Positions 10,837 to 21,957 of a stretch of DNA of 64,000 nucleotides are shown here, piece by piece; within the stretch, counting starts at the first letter, position 1, and each line of letters opens with the position of its first letter. Location: positions 1,888,001 to 1,952,000 of the forward strand of contig OY781945.1 in the NCBI GenBank assembly GCA_963677435.1, in the 5' to 3' direction. Below the pieces are notes generated by a model. The model did no database searches. It was given only the letters and a program-made list of their open reading frames with translations, and was not told the origin of the DNA. The DNA is from an uncultured Aliarcobacter sp. (GTDB lineage Bacteria; Campylobacterota; Campylobacteria; Campylobacterales; Arcobacteraceae). The translations under genes were made by a program, and so were the position numbers.

Positions 10837-12457
10837 TTGAAAGAGATATTTTATTTTTACTATCTAAATAATTATTATAAATATAATAATTAGCTAATAC
10901 TTTTTTCCCATAATCTCTTGTTTCAGAAAATGAGATTAATTCCATACTTAAAAAAGGTTCATATTTATTTTTATTTTTAAATAAACCTTTATTGAGTTGG
11001 CTTCTTGCATATCCAGCACCACCATTATAAGCATAAGCTATAAATAGTGGATTATTGTTAAATTGCTTCATCAATGAATCTAAATGAAAACTCCCATATT
11101 TTATATTTTTATTTGGTATAAATTGTTCATAAATATTATAATCTTCACTTAATTTTTTTGATATATCTTCTGATAAAAATGGCATTATTTGCATAACACC
11201 TTGAGCAGATGAAGATGAAATAGATGAAGGAATAAAATGACTCTCTTGTCTTGCAATTGAGTAAATTAATACTTGTTTATTAATATCTAAATTTTGTATT
11301 ATATTTCTATATGGAGTAATAAAATATTGTTTTTTATATTTATAATATCTTTCTAAAATAAAAGCATGATGCGCTAAAGTATTTTCATCTGAAAATAAAT
11401 TTTCATATTTTAGTAATTTTTGATCATCAAAATTCTTTTTTGTATCATCTAAAACTTTCATCCATTCAAATTGATCAAATATATTAAATGAAGATTTTTC
11501 ATTTTTTAAAGGAATTTTATATTCAATATTATCAACTTTAAGATCCAACAACTCTTTTGCATATAAAGAGTATATGTTATTATCCCAACTTTGTGCTAAT
11601 TCTTGTAAGTAAGATTGATTTTTAGTTAATAAATAGAGCCAAAATAGAGATTTGTCTTTATGAAATCTTAAATATGCTTTGTTATTAGCACCATTGAAAA
11701 AATTTAATGCAATAGATATATTATTGTTATTTACAGCATTTATTCCTAATGAGAATAAGTTATCAGAAGTCATGTCTTTATGATTTTTTGCCATTAATAA
11801 TGATTTCTGCAAATTATTTAAGCCATTTTCATAAATTACATATCGAAGAAATCTCTCAAAGCTTTTATCTTTTGAGATTTTATCAACTAAATCTTGGCTT
11901 AGTGGTTTGTTAAAGAATTTTATTCTATAACTTTTATTCAAACCAAAAAAAAGTCTAAAAAATCTATCTAAATCTGAATTTACTAAAGAATTAAAAGGAT
12001 CATCAGAAGCAATTACTTGTAAATCATTTTTTAAAGTAGGGTAGGCATCAAGCTTAGTAATAAAAAAGTTTAAATCTTTTTTTGAAAGTTGAGTTGCTTC
12101 ATTTAAGGATAATCCCAAAGCAATACATCTTGAATCTTCATTTTTTAATTGCTCAATATTAGCTCTATAGCATTTTAGGTCTTCTTCAGGAATAGTTTTA
12201 TACTTTTTATTATAAATTTTTTTTATATTTGAATTTGTTGGATTTGCCATGTTATAAGCAATTTTTGCATCTTCAATTGAAATATTATCTTCATTTAAAT
12301 ATTGAAGAATAAAAAAATCTCTTGCATAAGATTTTGGTTTTTGTTCAAGCCATTCTAAAGTAACTTTAAAATCTTTTTGAAATATATCTGTAGTAGATGC
12401 ACTAACAGATATATTCAATAAAAAAGCAGTACTAACTGAAAATAAAAGTTTTTTCAT
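10805..12457 (-). CDS. slt: Soluble lytic murein transglycosylase
   Basis: Signal peptide, IARQES, GVMQIMP, AYNGG and ETRDY SLT motifs. Confidence 0.9.
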   Translation of the reverse strand: MKKLLFSVSTAFLLNISVSASTTDIFQKDFKVTLEWLEQKPKSYARDFFILQYLNEDNISIEDAKIAYNMANPTNSNIKKIYNKKYKTIPEEDLKCYRANIEQLKNEDSRCIALGLSLNEATQLSKKDLNFFITKLDAYPTLKNDLQVIASDDPFNSLVNSDLDRFFRLFFGLNKSYRIKFFNKPLSQDLVDKISKDKSFERFLRYVIYENGLNNLQKSLLMAKNHKDMTSDNLFSLGINAVNNNNISIALNFFNGANNKAYLRFHKDKSLFWLYLLTKNQSYLQELAQSWDNNIYSLYAKELLDLKVDNIEYKIPLKNEKSSFNIFDQFEWMKVLDDTKKNFDDQKLLKYENLFSDENTLAHHAFILERYYKYKKQYFITPYRNIIQNLDINKQVLIYSIARQESHFIPSSISSSSAQGVMQIMPFLSEDISKKLSEDYNIYEQFIPNKNIKYGSFHLDSLMKQFNNNPLFIAYAYNGGAGYARSQLNKGLFKNKNKYEPFLSMELISFSETRDYGKKVLANYYIYNNYLDSKNKISLSTIFQSLVAPN

Positions 12458-12460
12458 ATT

Positions 12461-12733
12461 TTAGAAAAATAAGTTTTTTAAAAATGTCTCTAAAAAGATT
12501 AAAGCAAATATCAAAATTAAAGGAGCTAAATCCATTCCACCAATTACTGTAGGGATATATTTTCTTATAAATGCATAAGCTGGTTCTGTTAATCTATAAA
12601 GCATTTGAACAATTGGATTATATGGATCTGGTCTTACCCAACTTAAAAGGGCAGAAATAATAATTACCCATTTATATAAAGAAATAATAGTTAAAACTAT
12701 TGTAAATATCGAAGTTAAAAGTGCATCTGTCAT
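12461..12733 (-). CDS. yggT: YggT family membrane protein
   Basis: ALLSWV.PDPYNP..LTEP..GGMDLAP. Confidence 0.9.
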   Translation of the reverse strand: MTDALLTSIFTIVLTIISLYKWVIIISALLSWVRPDPYNPIVQMLYRLTEPAYAFIRKYIPTVIGGMDLAPLILIFALIFLETFLKNLFF

Positions 12734-14031
12734 TTTACAATTTCTCCTAAATAATTTTTAATTAAAGGATAAATATCTGAAATATCTGGGCCATTATTAC
12801 TACCTGTTAAAAGGTATTTTAAAGGTTCAGAAAGATTTTTTCCATTTAAATTTGTTTGTTCTGCAATATGCTTTTTTAATTCTTCAAAATCATTAAAAAA
12901 AGGTGCTTTTTGCATACATTCTTTTACTTTTATAAACTCTTCCACAAAACTTTTACAATTGGTTTTAAGAGCAAAAATAGAAGAGATTTTTTCTTTTATC
13001 TCTTTTATTGTACTTGTTTCTTGCAGAAAAACTTTTCCAAGTTTCCCAATATCTGTATCTGCAAAACCAAGGATTTTAGATAATCTCATATCATCAAGAG
13101 CTTCTATATGTTTTTTGTTTATTGATTTTAGTTCATCAATATCAAATGTTGCTGGAATTTTTGAGATATTTTCAATATTAAACCATTCAATTGCTTCTTC
13201 TAAAGTAAAAATTTCACTTGGTGTTTCATTACCCATTAAAACTAAATAGTTAGCTATTGCACTTGGTAAAAAACCTTCTTCGATTAGCCATTTTACTGAA
13301 TTTGAATTATCTTTTCCTGATATTTCTTTCCCAGTTTGAGAATCTAAAATAATTGGTAAATGTATATATTTTATCTCTTTTTTATAACCTAATAAATCTC
13401 TTACATGGATTTGTTTAGGCGTATCAAAGATATGACTTTCTTCACAAATAACGACAGAGATATCCATTAGCATATCATCTATTGCACATGCATAATTATA
13501 TCTAGGTGTTTTATCCTGTTTTAAAATAATAAAAGAGTCAATATCAAGAGGTGTGTAATCAAAATCACCCTTTAATAAATCTGTAAATTTTATATTATTA
13601 ACAGGTATTTTAATTCTTACTGTAAAGGGTGCATTTATATTTAAAACTGTTTCATCTGATAAGTTTTCACAAAAACCATCATAAGAAAATTGTTTTCCGT
13701 CTTTATTTGCTACTTCTTTCAATTCATCAAGTTTATCTTCACTACAAAAACATGCAAATGCTTTTTTTTGAGTCATTAGTTGTAAAGCCATTTTTTGATG
13801 ATACTTCAAGTTTGCACTTTGATAAAATAAAGATTTATATTCAATAGAAAAAAGACCTAGAATTTCTAAAATTTCTTTATCTTTTCCCTCAATATTTGAC
13901 TCTGTATCAATATCTTCAATTCTTATTATTAACTCTTGTTTTAATTGTTTTGAGACAATATAATTAAAAATAGCAACTCTTAAACTACTAATATTCATAT
14001 TTTTCGTTGGGCTTGGATTAAATCTTAGCAA
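12730..14031 (-). CDS. gltX2: Glutamate--tRNA ligase 2-like protein with degenerate signature motifs
   Basis: RFNPSPT, RIEDID and CFC Zn region; the HIGH and KMSKS equivalents are altered (see findings). Confidence 0.85.
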   Translation of the reverse strand: MLRFNPSPTKNMNISSLRVAIFNYIVSKQLKQELIIRIEDIDTESNIEGKDKEILEILGLFSIEYKSLFYQSANLKYHQKMALQLMTQKKAFACFCSEDKLDELKEVANKDGKQFSYDGFCENLSDETVLNINAPFTVRIKIPVNNIKFTDLLKGDFDYTPLDIDSFIILKQDKTPRYNYACAIDDMLMDISVVICEESHIFDTPKQIHVRDLLGYKKEIKYIHLPIILDSQTGKEISGKDNSNSVKWLIEEGFLPSAIANYLVLMGNETPSEIFTLEEAIEWFNIENISKIPATFDIDELKSINKKHIEALDDMRLSKILGFADTDIGKLGKVFLQETSTIKEIKEKISSIFALKTNCKSFVEEFIKVKECMQKAPFFNDFEELKKHIAEQTNLNGKNLSEPLKYLLTGSNNGPDISDIYPLIKNYLGEIVK

Positions 14032-14034
14032 AAC

Positions 14035-15330
14035 TTATTTCCTTACTATTGAAAAAGTTAAGTTATTTATTTCATTATGAGACTTAATGTATGTATTTAA
14101 ATCATCTAATTGTAAATTTTGGATTTTTTCTAACTCTTTTACTGAATAATCTGGTGCTAATCCTCTATAATATAGAGTAAATGCTCTATTTAATCGTTGA
14201 GATAATGTTTCATTTCTAAGAGGTTCACTACCAGTTAAGAAATTTTTAGCAGCATCTAGTTCATCTTTTGTCACACCTTCTTCTACAAATTGAGCAACGA
14301 TTTGTGAAACTAACTTTTCTGCTTCACTAGCAGTTTCATTTTTAGTTTGTAAGTAACCATTAAAATATGAATGTGATTTATTTATTGAAATAGAACCATA
14401 AGCACTATATGCTAGACCTCTTTTTACTCTTATTTCTTCCATTAATCTTGAACCAAAACCTGAACCACCTAAAATAAATGAAGCTACTTTTGCTTTATAA
14501 TTTTCTTCATCTTTTGAATCTACATTAAAAGAACTTCCAAAATAGATATAAGCTTGTTCAGTTTGCTTTATTAAGGTTTTTTCTTCTTTTTTAGAAGTAA
14601 AATTAATTTTTTCTAATTCAATCTTTTTACCAACATTTATTGTTTCTAAAAGAGGTTTAACTAAATTTTCAAACTCTTTTAAATCAAAATCTCCACCTGC
14701 AACAATAATCAAATTTTCTAAACATACTGTTTGAGATATAAAGCTTTCTATATCTTTTAGCTCTATTTTTGAAATACTCTCAATTGTTCCAGATGCAGCA
14801 TTTTCAAGTGCGGTTCCTTTAAATAATAGAGATTTTAATTGATTTTGTGAAACATAATCAAAATCATTCTCTTTTCTTTTCAAAGAACCTGTTTGAATTG
14901 TTTTTAATTTATCTAATGTATTTTGTGTAAAATTTGGTGATTTTAAAAGTGAATTCAAAAGTTCTATACCTTTTTGAGATTCTTCTTTTAAACTTGATAA
15001 TTCAATAACAAATGTTTCAAAACCAGTAGAAGCTGATAATGAAATTGCATTTTCATCTAATTTTTCAGCAAATTTAGTAGCACCTAATTCTTTAGTACCT
15101 TCATTTAACAATTTTGAAGATAAAGATGCTAATCCACTCTTATTTTTGTCTTGAATATAGCCTGAGTTCTGAAAAACTAATTGTAAATTTAATATTGGTA
15201 AACTTTTTTGTTCTTCAAAAACTACAGGTATTTGTACACCTTTTATATCAATATGCTTTATCATTGCACCCATTAAACTTCCTTGTAATATTGCTATTAT
15301 GAATAAAAAATAAAATCCTATTTTTCTCAA
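14035..15330 (-). CDS. M16 family peptidase subunit (no HxxEH, non-catalytic type)
   Basis: Signal peptide, LLNEGT and GSRLMEEIRVKRGLAY. Confidence 0.85.
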   Translation of the reverse strand: MRKIGFYFLFIIAILQGSLMGAMIKHIDIKGVQIPVVFEEQKSLPILNLQLVFQNSGYIQDKNKSGLASLSSKLLNEGTKELGATKFAEKLDENAISLSASTGFETFVIELSSLKEESQKGIELLNSLLKSPNFTQNTLDKLKTIQTGSLKRKENDFDYVSQNQLKSLLFKGTALENAASGTIESISKIELKDIESFISQTVCLENLIIVAGGDFDLKEFENLVKPLLETINVGKKIELEKINFTSKKEEKTLIKQTEQAYIYFGSSFNVDSKDEENYKAKVASFILGGSGFGSRLMEEIRVKRGLAYSAYGSISINKSHSYFNGYLQTKNETASEAEKLVSQIVAQFVEEGVTKDELDAAKNFLTGSEPLRNETLSQRLNRAFTLYYRGLAPDYSVKELEKIQNLQLDDLNTYIKSHNEINNLTFSIVRK

Positions 15331-15332
15331 AA

Positions 15333-16406
15333 CTAGAACCTTTCTAAAATCTCATAAGCTGTATTTCTTTTTGCTGGATTTTCACCTATATCTTTAATAA
15401 GTCTAATCATCTCTTCTTGATTCATTCTGTTTACTGCACCTGCTGCTTTTACAACATTTTCTTCCATCATTGTACTACCAAGATCATTTGCTCCAAATTT
15501 AAGAGCTAATTGACCAATATATGACCCTTGCGTTACCCAAGAACTTTGCATATTTTTGAAATTATCTAAATAAAGTCTTGAAACAGCTAATAATCTTAAA
15601 TATCTATTTGAAGATTGAGGTTTAATATCTGGAATTTCTGCTTTTAGTTGAGTATTTGCTCCTTGAAAAGACCACATAATAAAGGCTCTAAATCCACCTG
15701 TTTTATCTTGTAATTTTCTCAATAATTCCCAATGTTCAATAATTTCTTCATCAGTTTCAACTGTTCCAAACATCATAGTAGCAGTTGTTTTCATACCAAT
15801 TGAGTGAGCTAATTCATGAACTTCAATCCATTCAAGACTATCCATTTTATTTGGAGCAATTATATCTCTTACTCTATCACTTAAAATTTCTGCTCCAGCT
15901 CCTGGAATTGAACTTAAACCTTTTATTTGAAGTCTTTTTAAAACTTCTAAAATTGAAATTTTTGATACTTTTGCAATATATTTAATTTCAATTGCAGAGA
16001 ATCCATGAATAGTAATTTGAGGATATTTAGTATGAATATGATCAACTAATTCTTCGTAATAATCAATTTTTAACTTTGGATGAACTCCACCTTGAAAAAG
16101 TATTTGTGTTCCACCAATAGCCAATAATTCATCAATTTTTTGATCAATTTCATCAAATTTTAATACATATGAATCTTCATCTCGTCCATGTCTATAAAAA
16201 GCACAAAATTTACAATCAACCCAACATACATTTGTATAGTTAATATTTCTATCAACTATAAAAGATGTAGTTTTATCAGGATGTAATTTATTTTTTACAG
16301 CCGTAGCCATTTCACCTAATTCAAGCAAAGATGCATTTTGTATTAAATATAAAGCATCTTCATTTGTTAATCTTTTTTTTAAATCTATATCAATTTTTTT
16401 AATCAT
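15333..16406 (-). CDS. mqnC: Cyclic dehypoxanthine futalosine synthase
   Basis: DRNINYTNVCWVDCKFCAF radical SAM motif, FGANDLGSTMMEENVV. Confidence 0.92.
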   Translation of the reverse strand: MIKKIDIDLKKRLTNEDALYLIQNASLLELGEMATAVKNKLHPDKTTSFIVDRNINYTNVCWVDCKFCAFYRHGRDEDSYVLKFDEIDQKIDELLAIGGTQILFQGGVHPKLKIDYYEELVDHIHTKYPQITIHGFSAIEIKYIAKVSKISILEVLKRLQIKGLSSIPGAGAEILSDRVRDIIAPNKMDSLEWIEVHELAHSIGMKTTATMMFGTVETDEEIIEHWELLRKLQDKTGGFRAFIMWSFQGANTQLKAEIPDIKPQSSNRYLRLLAVSRLYLDNFKNMQSSWVTQGSYIGQLALKFGANDLGSTMMEENVVKAAGAVNRMNQEEMIRLIKDIGENPAKRNTAYEILERF

Positions 16407-16420
16407 TTTTTCTCACTAAT

Positions 16421-18676
16421 TTAGAAACTTGAACCTAATGAGAATTCAAATGATGAAGTATCATCACCATCTTCTGCATCAAGAGCATGAGCAAAAATTA
16501 ATTGTAATGGACCCATTGGAGAAATCCATTCAAGTAATGCTCCTGTTCCAGATCTTTTTACATCTGTAAAGGTATCTTGCCCAATCATACCATAATCGTA
16601 AAATAATCCCCATCTCATTTTTGCACTTGGAATTAATGGGAAACTCATTTCAGCAGAGTTTGCCCACAAATTTTTGTAAGGATCTGTTTGATAACCTGAT
16701 TGATTTGAAGGAAATGCATAAGATTTATATCCTCTTAAAGTTTTTGCACCACCAAGATATAAAGAATCTCCTTGATTAATTTGACCATTATCTACTAAAA
16801 TTTTCATTTGAGTTTTAAGTCTTAAAACCCAATCAAGTTCTGTTAAATCTTCTAAAGAGTAAAAATATTTAGCATAAGTACTTGATTTAAGATATTTAGA
16901 ATCACCACCAACTCCTGCATATTCAAGGGAAGTTCCAGCTTTTATTCCTTCTCTTGGCATATAAAAGTCATCAGTATTATCAAAATTCAAATAAGGAGTA
17001 ATTGAACTTGATGTATAGTCTTGAGATTCATAAATTTTTCTACTTGTGTCTCTTGATGCTAAGAAATCTGAATTATAATCATAAGTTTCACTAACAAAAT
17101 CAAGTTTGTATCTAGCTCCCGCATATAAATCTCTAACTATTTGTTTTCCAACTGCAACAGAGAAACCTTGTGTTTTAATATCTGAATCATATTTATCTCT
17201 ATTAATTTCTGATTTCGAATTATGAACTTCTACTTCTCCATTATAATCACTATCATTAATAGCAGGATTTTTTAAACTAACTTCAAATCTAGTTGTTCTT
17301 GCTGATAAATCTGCACTTAATCCTAATCCTAATCCTGAACCAAACATATTTGCTTCATTAATTGAACCATTTACCATTACTTTATCATAAGAACCATATC
17401 CACCACCAAGCATAAGTGAACCAGTAGCAGCTTCTGTAACTTTAACAACAATGTCAAGTTTTTCATCACTAATTCTTTTTTCTTCAATAACTACATTTTC
17501 AAAAAATCTTGATCTTTTTAATTTATTAGTTGAATCTTTAAAATCAGTTAAGTTATATAAATCTCCAGGAGCTAAGTAAACATCTCTTCTAATTACTCTA
17601 TCAAGTGTTTTTGTATTTCCAGATATTTTTACATCATTAATATAAACTTTTTTACCTGGTACTACATTAAATACAACATCAACTTTTGAATTCTTTTCAT
17701 CTTTTATTAAATCAAATTTAACATCAGTAAATGCATAACCTTTATCAGCTACTTGTGTTCTTATATATTCTTGGTCAGCTCTTAATTTTTTAATATTAAA
17801 AGTATTACCAACAATTAATTTTAGTTCAGGATAAATTGTTTCAGGATCAACAATTGAAGAGTCTAAATATATTTTTATATTACTAGTTGTATATTTTGTT
17901 CCTTCTGTAACAAAAAAGTCTAATTTAGCTTGATCTGAAGCAAAATCGATATCTAAAAAAGGCTCTTTTACTTGCGCATCTAAATAACCTTTTTCAAAAT
18001 ACAATTCATTAATTCTTTTTGAATCGTATTTTAATTGATCAATTTTTACTTCACCATCATTTTGTCCAAACCACCAAGAAGCAAACTCTTTTTCTTTATT
18101 TGCTGTAACATTATCAAAATCATCTTGTTCTAAGGCATTAGCTCCATGATAATTTGCTTTTTTGATGATAATTTCATCACCTTTATTTACATTAAATGTA
18201 ACTTTTAAAGCTTTATCATTTATATTTTCAATTTCAGTTTCTACAACTGAATTTATATATCCTTCACTCTCTAGCATACTTAAGAGTTTCTCTTTTGCTT
18301 CTTTAACTCTTTTTTCTGTATACATCGCACCTTTTTTTAGATTTATAGCAGTTCTAACTGCATCAAGATCCTCAGCTCTTGATTTATAACCTTTTATATC
18401 AACATTTGAAATTGATGGTTTTTCTTTGAAGACAAATTTCAAAATTCCATTTTCATTAGAAACTGTTATATCATCAAAATAACCAAATTTATAGAACTTA
18501 AGCAGTGCTGCATTAAGCTTTTCATTATTAACATCATCACCAACTTTCATTGCTAATGTTTCATTTAAAATTTCTGGAGATAACTTATTTACATCTTTGT
18601 ATTCTATAGATTTTATTGTATCTGCGCTTAGTGCCGCTGCACAAGCTAAAGAAAATAGTACGACTTTATTTTTCAC
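16421..18676 (-). CDS. bamA: Outer membrane protein assembly factor
   Basis: POTRA repeats, LRGY motif, SPMGPL and C-terminal Phe; GTG start at 18676 with AAGGA SD. Confidence 0.95.
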   Translation of the reverse strand: MKNKVVLFSLACAAALSADTIKSIEYKDVNKLSPEILNETLAMKVGDDVNNEKLNAALLKFYKFGYFDDITVSNENGILKFVFKEKPSISNVDIKGYKSRAEDLDAVRTAINLKKGAMYTEKRVKEAKEKLLSMLESEGYINSVVETEIENINDKALKVTFNVNKGDEIIIKKANYHGANALEQDDFDNVTANKEKEFASWWFGQNDGEVKIDQLKYDSKRINELYFEKGYLDAQVKEPFLDIDFASDQAKLDFFVTEGTKYTTSNIKIYLDSSIVDPETIYPELKLIVGNTFNIKKLRADQEYIRTQVADKGYAFTDVKFDLIKDEKNSKVDVVFNVVPGKKVYINDVKISGNTKTLDRVIRRDVYLAPGDLYNLTDFKDSTNKLKRSRFFENVVIEEKRISDEKLDIVVKVTEAATGSLMLGGGYGSYDKVMVNGSINEANMFGSGLGLGLSADLSARTTRFEVSLKNPAINDSDYNGEVEVHNSKSEINRDKYDSDIKTQGFSVAVGKQIVRDLYAGARYKLDFVSETYDYNSDFLASRDTSRKIYESQDYTSSSITPYLNFDNTDDFYMPREGIKAGTSLEYAGVGGDSKYLKSSTYAKYFYSLEDLTELDWVLRLKTQMKILVDNGQINQGDSLYLGGAKTLRGYKSYAFPSNQSGYQTDPYKNLWANSAEMSFPLIPSAKMRWGLFYDYGMIGQDTFTDVKRSGTGALLEWISPMGPLQLIFAHALDAEDGDDTSSFEFSLGSSF

Positions 18677-18776
18677 AACTATCCTTAATTTCATTATAGG
18701 TCAATAATATACCTAAATATAGTTTATATAAATATTAAGATATAATCTTATTTCAAATTATTAGAAGGGTTATATT

Positions 18777-19607
18777 TTGAATATAGGAATTATTGGTTTA
18801 GGACTGATGGGTGGTTCTTTAGCAAAAGCTGTAAAAAGATATGGTATTGCAAAAAAAGTCTATGGTTTTACAAACAGTGAAAAAAATAAAAAAGATATTT
18901 TGGATTTAAATTTAGTTGATGAATTAGTTGATTTAGAAACATTAAAAAAAGTTTCAGATGTAATTATTTTAGCAATTCCAGTTGATGCAATAATTGGAAT
19001 GTTTCCTAATTTTTTAGATATTGATGATAATACAACAATTATTGATATGGGTTCTACAAAAGAGTATATTGTAAAAAATATTCCGAATAAAATAAGAAAA
19101 AACTTTATTGCTGCTCATCCAATGACAGGAACTGAAAAATCAGGACCAAAAGCTGCTATAGATGATTTATATGAAGGTAAAACAGTTGTTTTTTGTGATT
19201 TAGAAGATAATGGTAATTTACATGTAAATAAAGCTTTTAAAATTTTTCAAGCTATTGGAATGAGAATTGTAGTAATGGATAGCAATCAACATGATATCCA
19301 TGCTTGTTATATGTCTCATTTACCGCATATTCTATCTTTTTCTCTTGCAAATACAGTAATGAGTCATGAAGACCCAAAATCAATTATTGCACTTGCTGCT
19401 GGTGGATTTAAAGATATGAGTAGAATTGCAAAATCAAGTCCACGAATGTGGGGAGATATTTTTAAACAAAATAGAAAAAATCTTTTAGCTTCTATTGATT
19501 TATTTGAAAGTCAACTACAAAATGCTAGAAAAATGGTTGAAGAAGAAAATTATGAAGATTTAGAAAAGTGGATGAAAAAAGCCAATACTCTACATGAGAT
19601 ACTATAA
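18777..19607 (+). CDS. tyrA: Prephenate dehydrogenase
   Basis: GLGLMGGS, HPMTGTE, SHLPH and GFKDMSRIA. Confidence 0.93.
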   Translation: MNIGIIGLGLMGGSLAKAVKRYGIAKKVYGFTNSEKNKKDILDLNLVDELVDLETLKKVSDVIILAIPVDAIIGMFPNFLDIDDNTTIIDMGSTKEYIVKNIPNKIRKNFIAAHPMTGTEKSGPKAAIDDLYEGKTVVFCDLEDNGNLHVNKAFKIFQAIGMRIVVMDSNQHDIHACYMSHLPHILSFSLANTVMSHEDPKSIIALAAGGFKDMSRIAKSSPRMWGDIFKQNRKNLLASIDLFESQLQNARKMVEEENYEDLEKWMKKANTLHEIL

Positions 19608-19622
19608 ATATAGTATCTCTTT

Positions 19623-20762
19623 TTAACTTATATTATTTATTGCTTCATAAACTTTAATTGCTTGAAAGTGCTCTTTTACATCATGGCATCTAATAATTGA
19701 AGCACCATTTTTTATAGATTCAAGATGAATCGCTAAAGTTCCCGGAAGTCTATCTACAACTTCAGCTGGAGTTATCATATTAATCATAGATTTTCTACTA
19801 GCGCCTATTAATAACTCATATCCAAAATGCTTAAAATGTTCTAGATTTTTTAGTAATAATAAGTTATGTTCTAGTGTTTTTCCAAATCCAATTCCAACAT
19901 CTAAAACAATATCTTTTATTCCAAAACTTTGAGCTTTTTCAATTTGATTTTTTAAATAACTATCTATTTCTAAAATCACATTTTCATAAAAAGGTTCTTG
20001 TTGCATTGAAGTAGGGTCATTTTGCATATGCATAATAACAACTTGAGCATCATATTTTGAAGCAATTTTGCAAACTTCATCATTTTCTAAACCTGTAATA
20101 TCATTTACTATTTTAAAACCATGATTTAAAACATAATCAATTACTTTTGGAGCATAAGAATCAATTGAAAAATCAACTTTTTCATAATATTTATTTTTAT
20201 AAATCGTATCAACTATATCTTTTATTCTGATCAATTCAACATCTTCTTCAACTGCAATACTTCCAGGTCTACTTGAAACAGCACCAATATCAATAATATT
20301 AGCACCATCTTCAATCATTTTCTCAATTAAAAAAGAGGCTTGTGAGTTATCAAATCTACTATTTTTAAAAAATGAATCTTCATTTGCATTTAAAACACCC
20401 ATGATTTTAGTTTTATAATTTATTTCTTTTACATAATCTTTTAATGATTTAGCTAACTCTTTTAAACCAAAAGGTTGAGCTAGCTCTTTTCTAGATAGAG
20501 TTTCAAAATGTTTTGTAGTTCCTATTAAAACAGCATCCACATATTTGTCTTTGGCAATTATTACACCACTTGGAACTGCTAAATCAGCTCCAATAGATAA
20601 GGCATCTTGTTTTAAAATATTTGCAGCACCAACATGTAAATCTTTTATATATAAAGTGTGAAGCTTTGATTTTTTTGAAAGAATTGAAATTCCACCACTA
20701 TCACAACCTAAATTTTCATAAAATTTTTTAGTGTCATTGATTGATATTTTATATGTTTGCAT
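19623..20762 (-). CDS. folP: Dihydropteroate synthase with N-terminal extension
   Basis: IMGVLNAN.DSF, SSRPG, DVGIGFGK, GASRKS and IRCHDV. Confidence 0.93.
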   Translation of the reverse strand: MQTYKISINDTKKFYENLGCDSGGISILSKKSKLHTLYIKDLHVGAANILKQDALSIGADLAVPSGVIIAKDKYVDAVLIGTTKHFETLSRKELAQPFGLKELAKSLKDYVKEINYKTKIMGVLNANEDSFFKNSRFDNSQASFLIEKMIEDGANIIDIGAVSSRPGSIAVEEDVELIRIKDIVDTIYKNKYYEKVDFSIDSYAPKVIDYVLNHGFKIVNDITGLENDEVCKIASKYDAQVVIMHMQNDPTSMQQEPFYENVILEIDSYLKNQIEKAQSFGIKDIVLDVGIGFGKTLEHNLLLLKNLEHFKHFGYELLIGASRKSMINMITPAEVVDRLPGTLAIHLESIKNGASIIRCHDVKEHFQAIKVYEAINNIS

Positions 20763-20773
20763 ATAAAACCTTT

Positions 20774-21400
20774 TTAATGTTTATTTTTTTGATTAGCTAA
20801 AGATAAAAGTAGGGTAGTTAACACATTTATTGGTCTTGAATTTAGTTCTAATAATTTTATAGATTTAGAAAAAAATTCTAATTGTTTTCTTGAAAGTCTA
20901 ATTTTTTGATTATTAACTTTTATTAAAATTGCTTCAACAATATCTTTTGCTTCATTTTTTGAAATCTTTTGATTATCTTTTAAAAAATTGTAAATATCTT
21001 TTAAATCTAATTTATTTATATCTAGTAAAGATTCAGCTTTTAAAATAGATTTTTTTAGATATTTATATGGTAATCTTGAATAAATAGTTGGTAATAGTGA
21101 TGATTTTGAATTTGTGATGATTATAAAAACAACATTTTTTGGTGGTTCTTCTAAAATCTTTAATAAAGAGTTTTGAGCCTCTTTTCTAAATGTACTTCCA
21201 CATAAAAAAATATATTTCTTTTCACTTGTTGCAATATAAGCCTCTTTTATAGCCAAGTTTGCTTGAACTAGTAAAAACTCTTCTTTTTCTTCGTTTTTTA
21301 TAATTCTTGTAGAATGTATTGGATAAGTTGGTAGTAATTCACTTAAAGTTGCATCTATATCATTAACAATTAAAATAGATGAATTATCAATAAAATTCAT
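20774..21400 (-). CDS. holB: DNA polymerase III delta' subunit
   Basis: AQNSLLKILEEPP and LLPTIYSR. Confidence 0.88.
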   Translation of the reverse strand: MNFIDNSSILIVNDIDATLSELLPTYPIHSTRIIKNEEKEEFLLVQANLAIKEAYIATSEKKYIFLCGSTFRKEAQNSLLKILEEPPKNVVFIIITNSKSSLLPTIYSRLPYKYLKKSILKAESLLDINKLDLKDIYNFLKDNQKISKNEAKDIVEAILIKVNNQKIRLSRKQLEFFSKSIKLLELNSRPINVLTTLLLSLANQKNKH

Positions 21401-21403
21401 CTA

Positions 21404-21955
21404 TTAGTTTTCAATATTTATTTCAGCAAATAGTGTAGCACTTACTGATTTATTATATAGTCTAAACATTTGTAAAAGTTTCATATCCAATGCTTCATCA
21501 TTTGATTTTAAATTAAAAGCATCTTGTTTTTCTTCATCAAATAACCATAAAAAAGAGTGTTTTAAAACTTTTGGAATAGTTGCTCTTACATCTTGACTTC
21601 TTCCTATATACCAAAAACAGTATCCATTAGGAAAAGAGATGCTTAACATATCTTTTATATATGAAATATCTTCATCAGATTTTACACTATCCATATATCT
21701 ATAGAATGATTTAAAATCATAATATGGTAAAAAAGGTCTATTTAGTTTTGGAGAATTAATATTTGCTAAAATATACTCTAAAAACCATTCTCTCTCTTTA
21801 TCCGTAATTACAATTATAGAAAAACCTCTCTCTAATAAATTATAGATATTTTTTGAAACTAGTGGAGTCCATTCATATTTTTTTTCTTCTAACCAAGGAG
21901 AGATAAGTCTATCTTCCCTGATTGTATCAACGGTCCAATTTAAAAATTCTTGCAC
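21404..21955 (-). CDS. hobA: DnaA-binding replication regulator HobA
   Basis: WLEEKKYEW, RPFLP and FWYIG; lysC-hobA-holB-folP synteny typical of Campylobacterota. Confidence 0.88.
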   Translation of the reverse strand: MQEFLNWTVDTIREDRLISPWLEEKKYEWTPLVSKNIYNLLERGFSIIVITDKEREWFLEYILANINSPKLNRPFLPYYDFKSFYRYMDSVKSDEDISYIKDMLSISFPNGYCFWYIGRSQDVRATIPKVLKHSFLWLFDEEKQDAFNLKSNDEALDMKLLQMFRLYNKSVSATLFAEINIEN

Positions 21956-21957
21956 TA

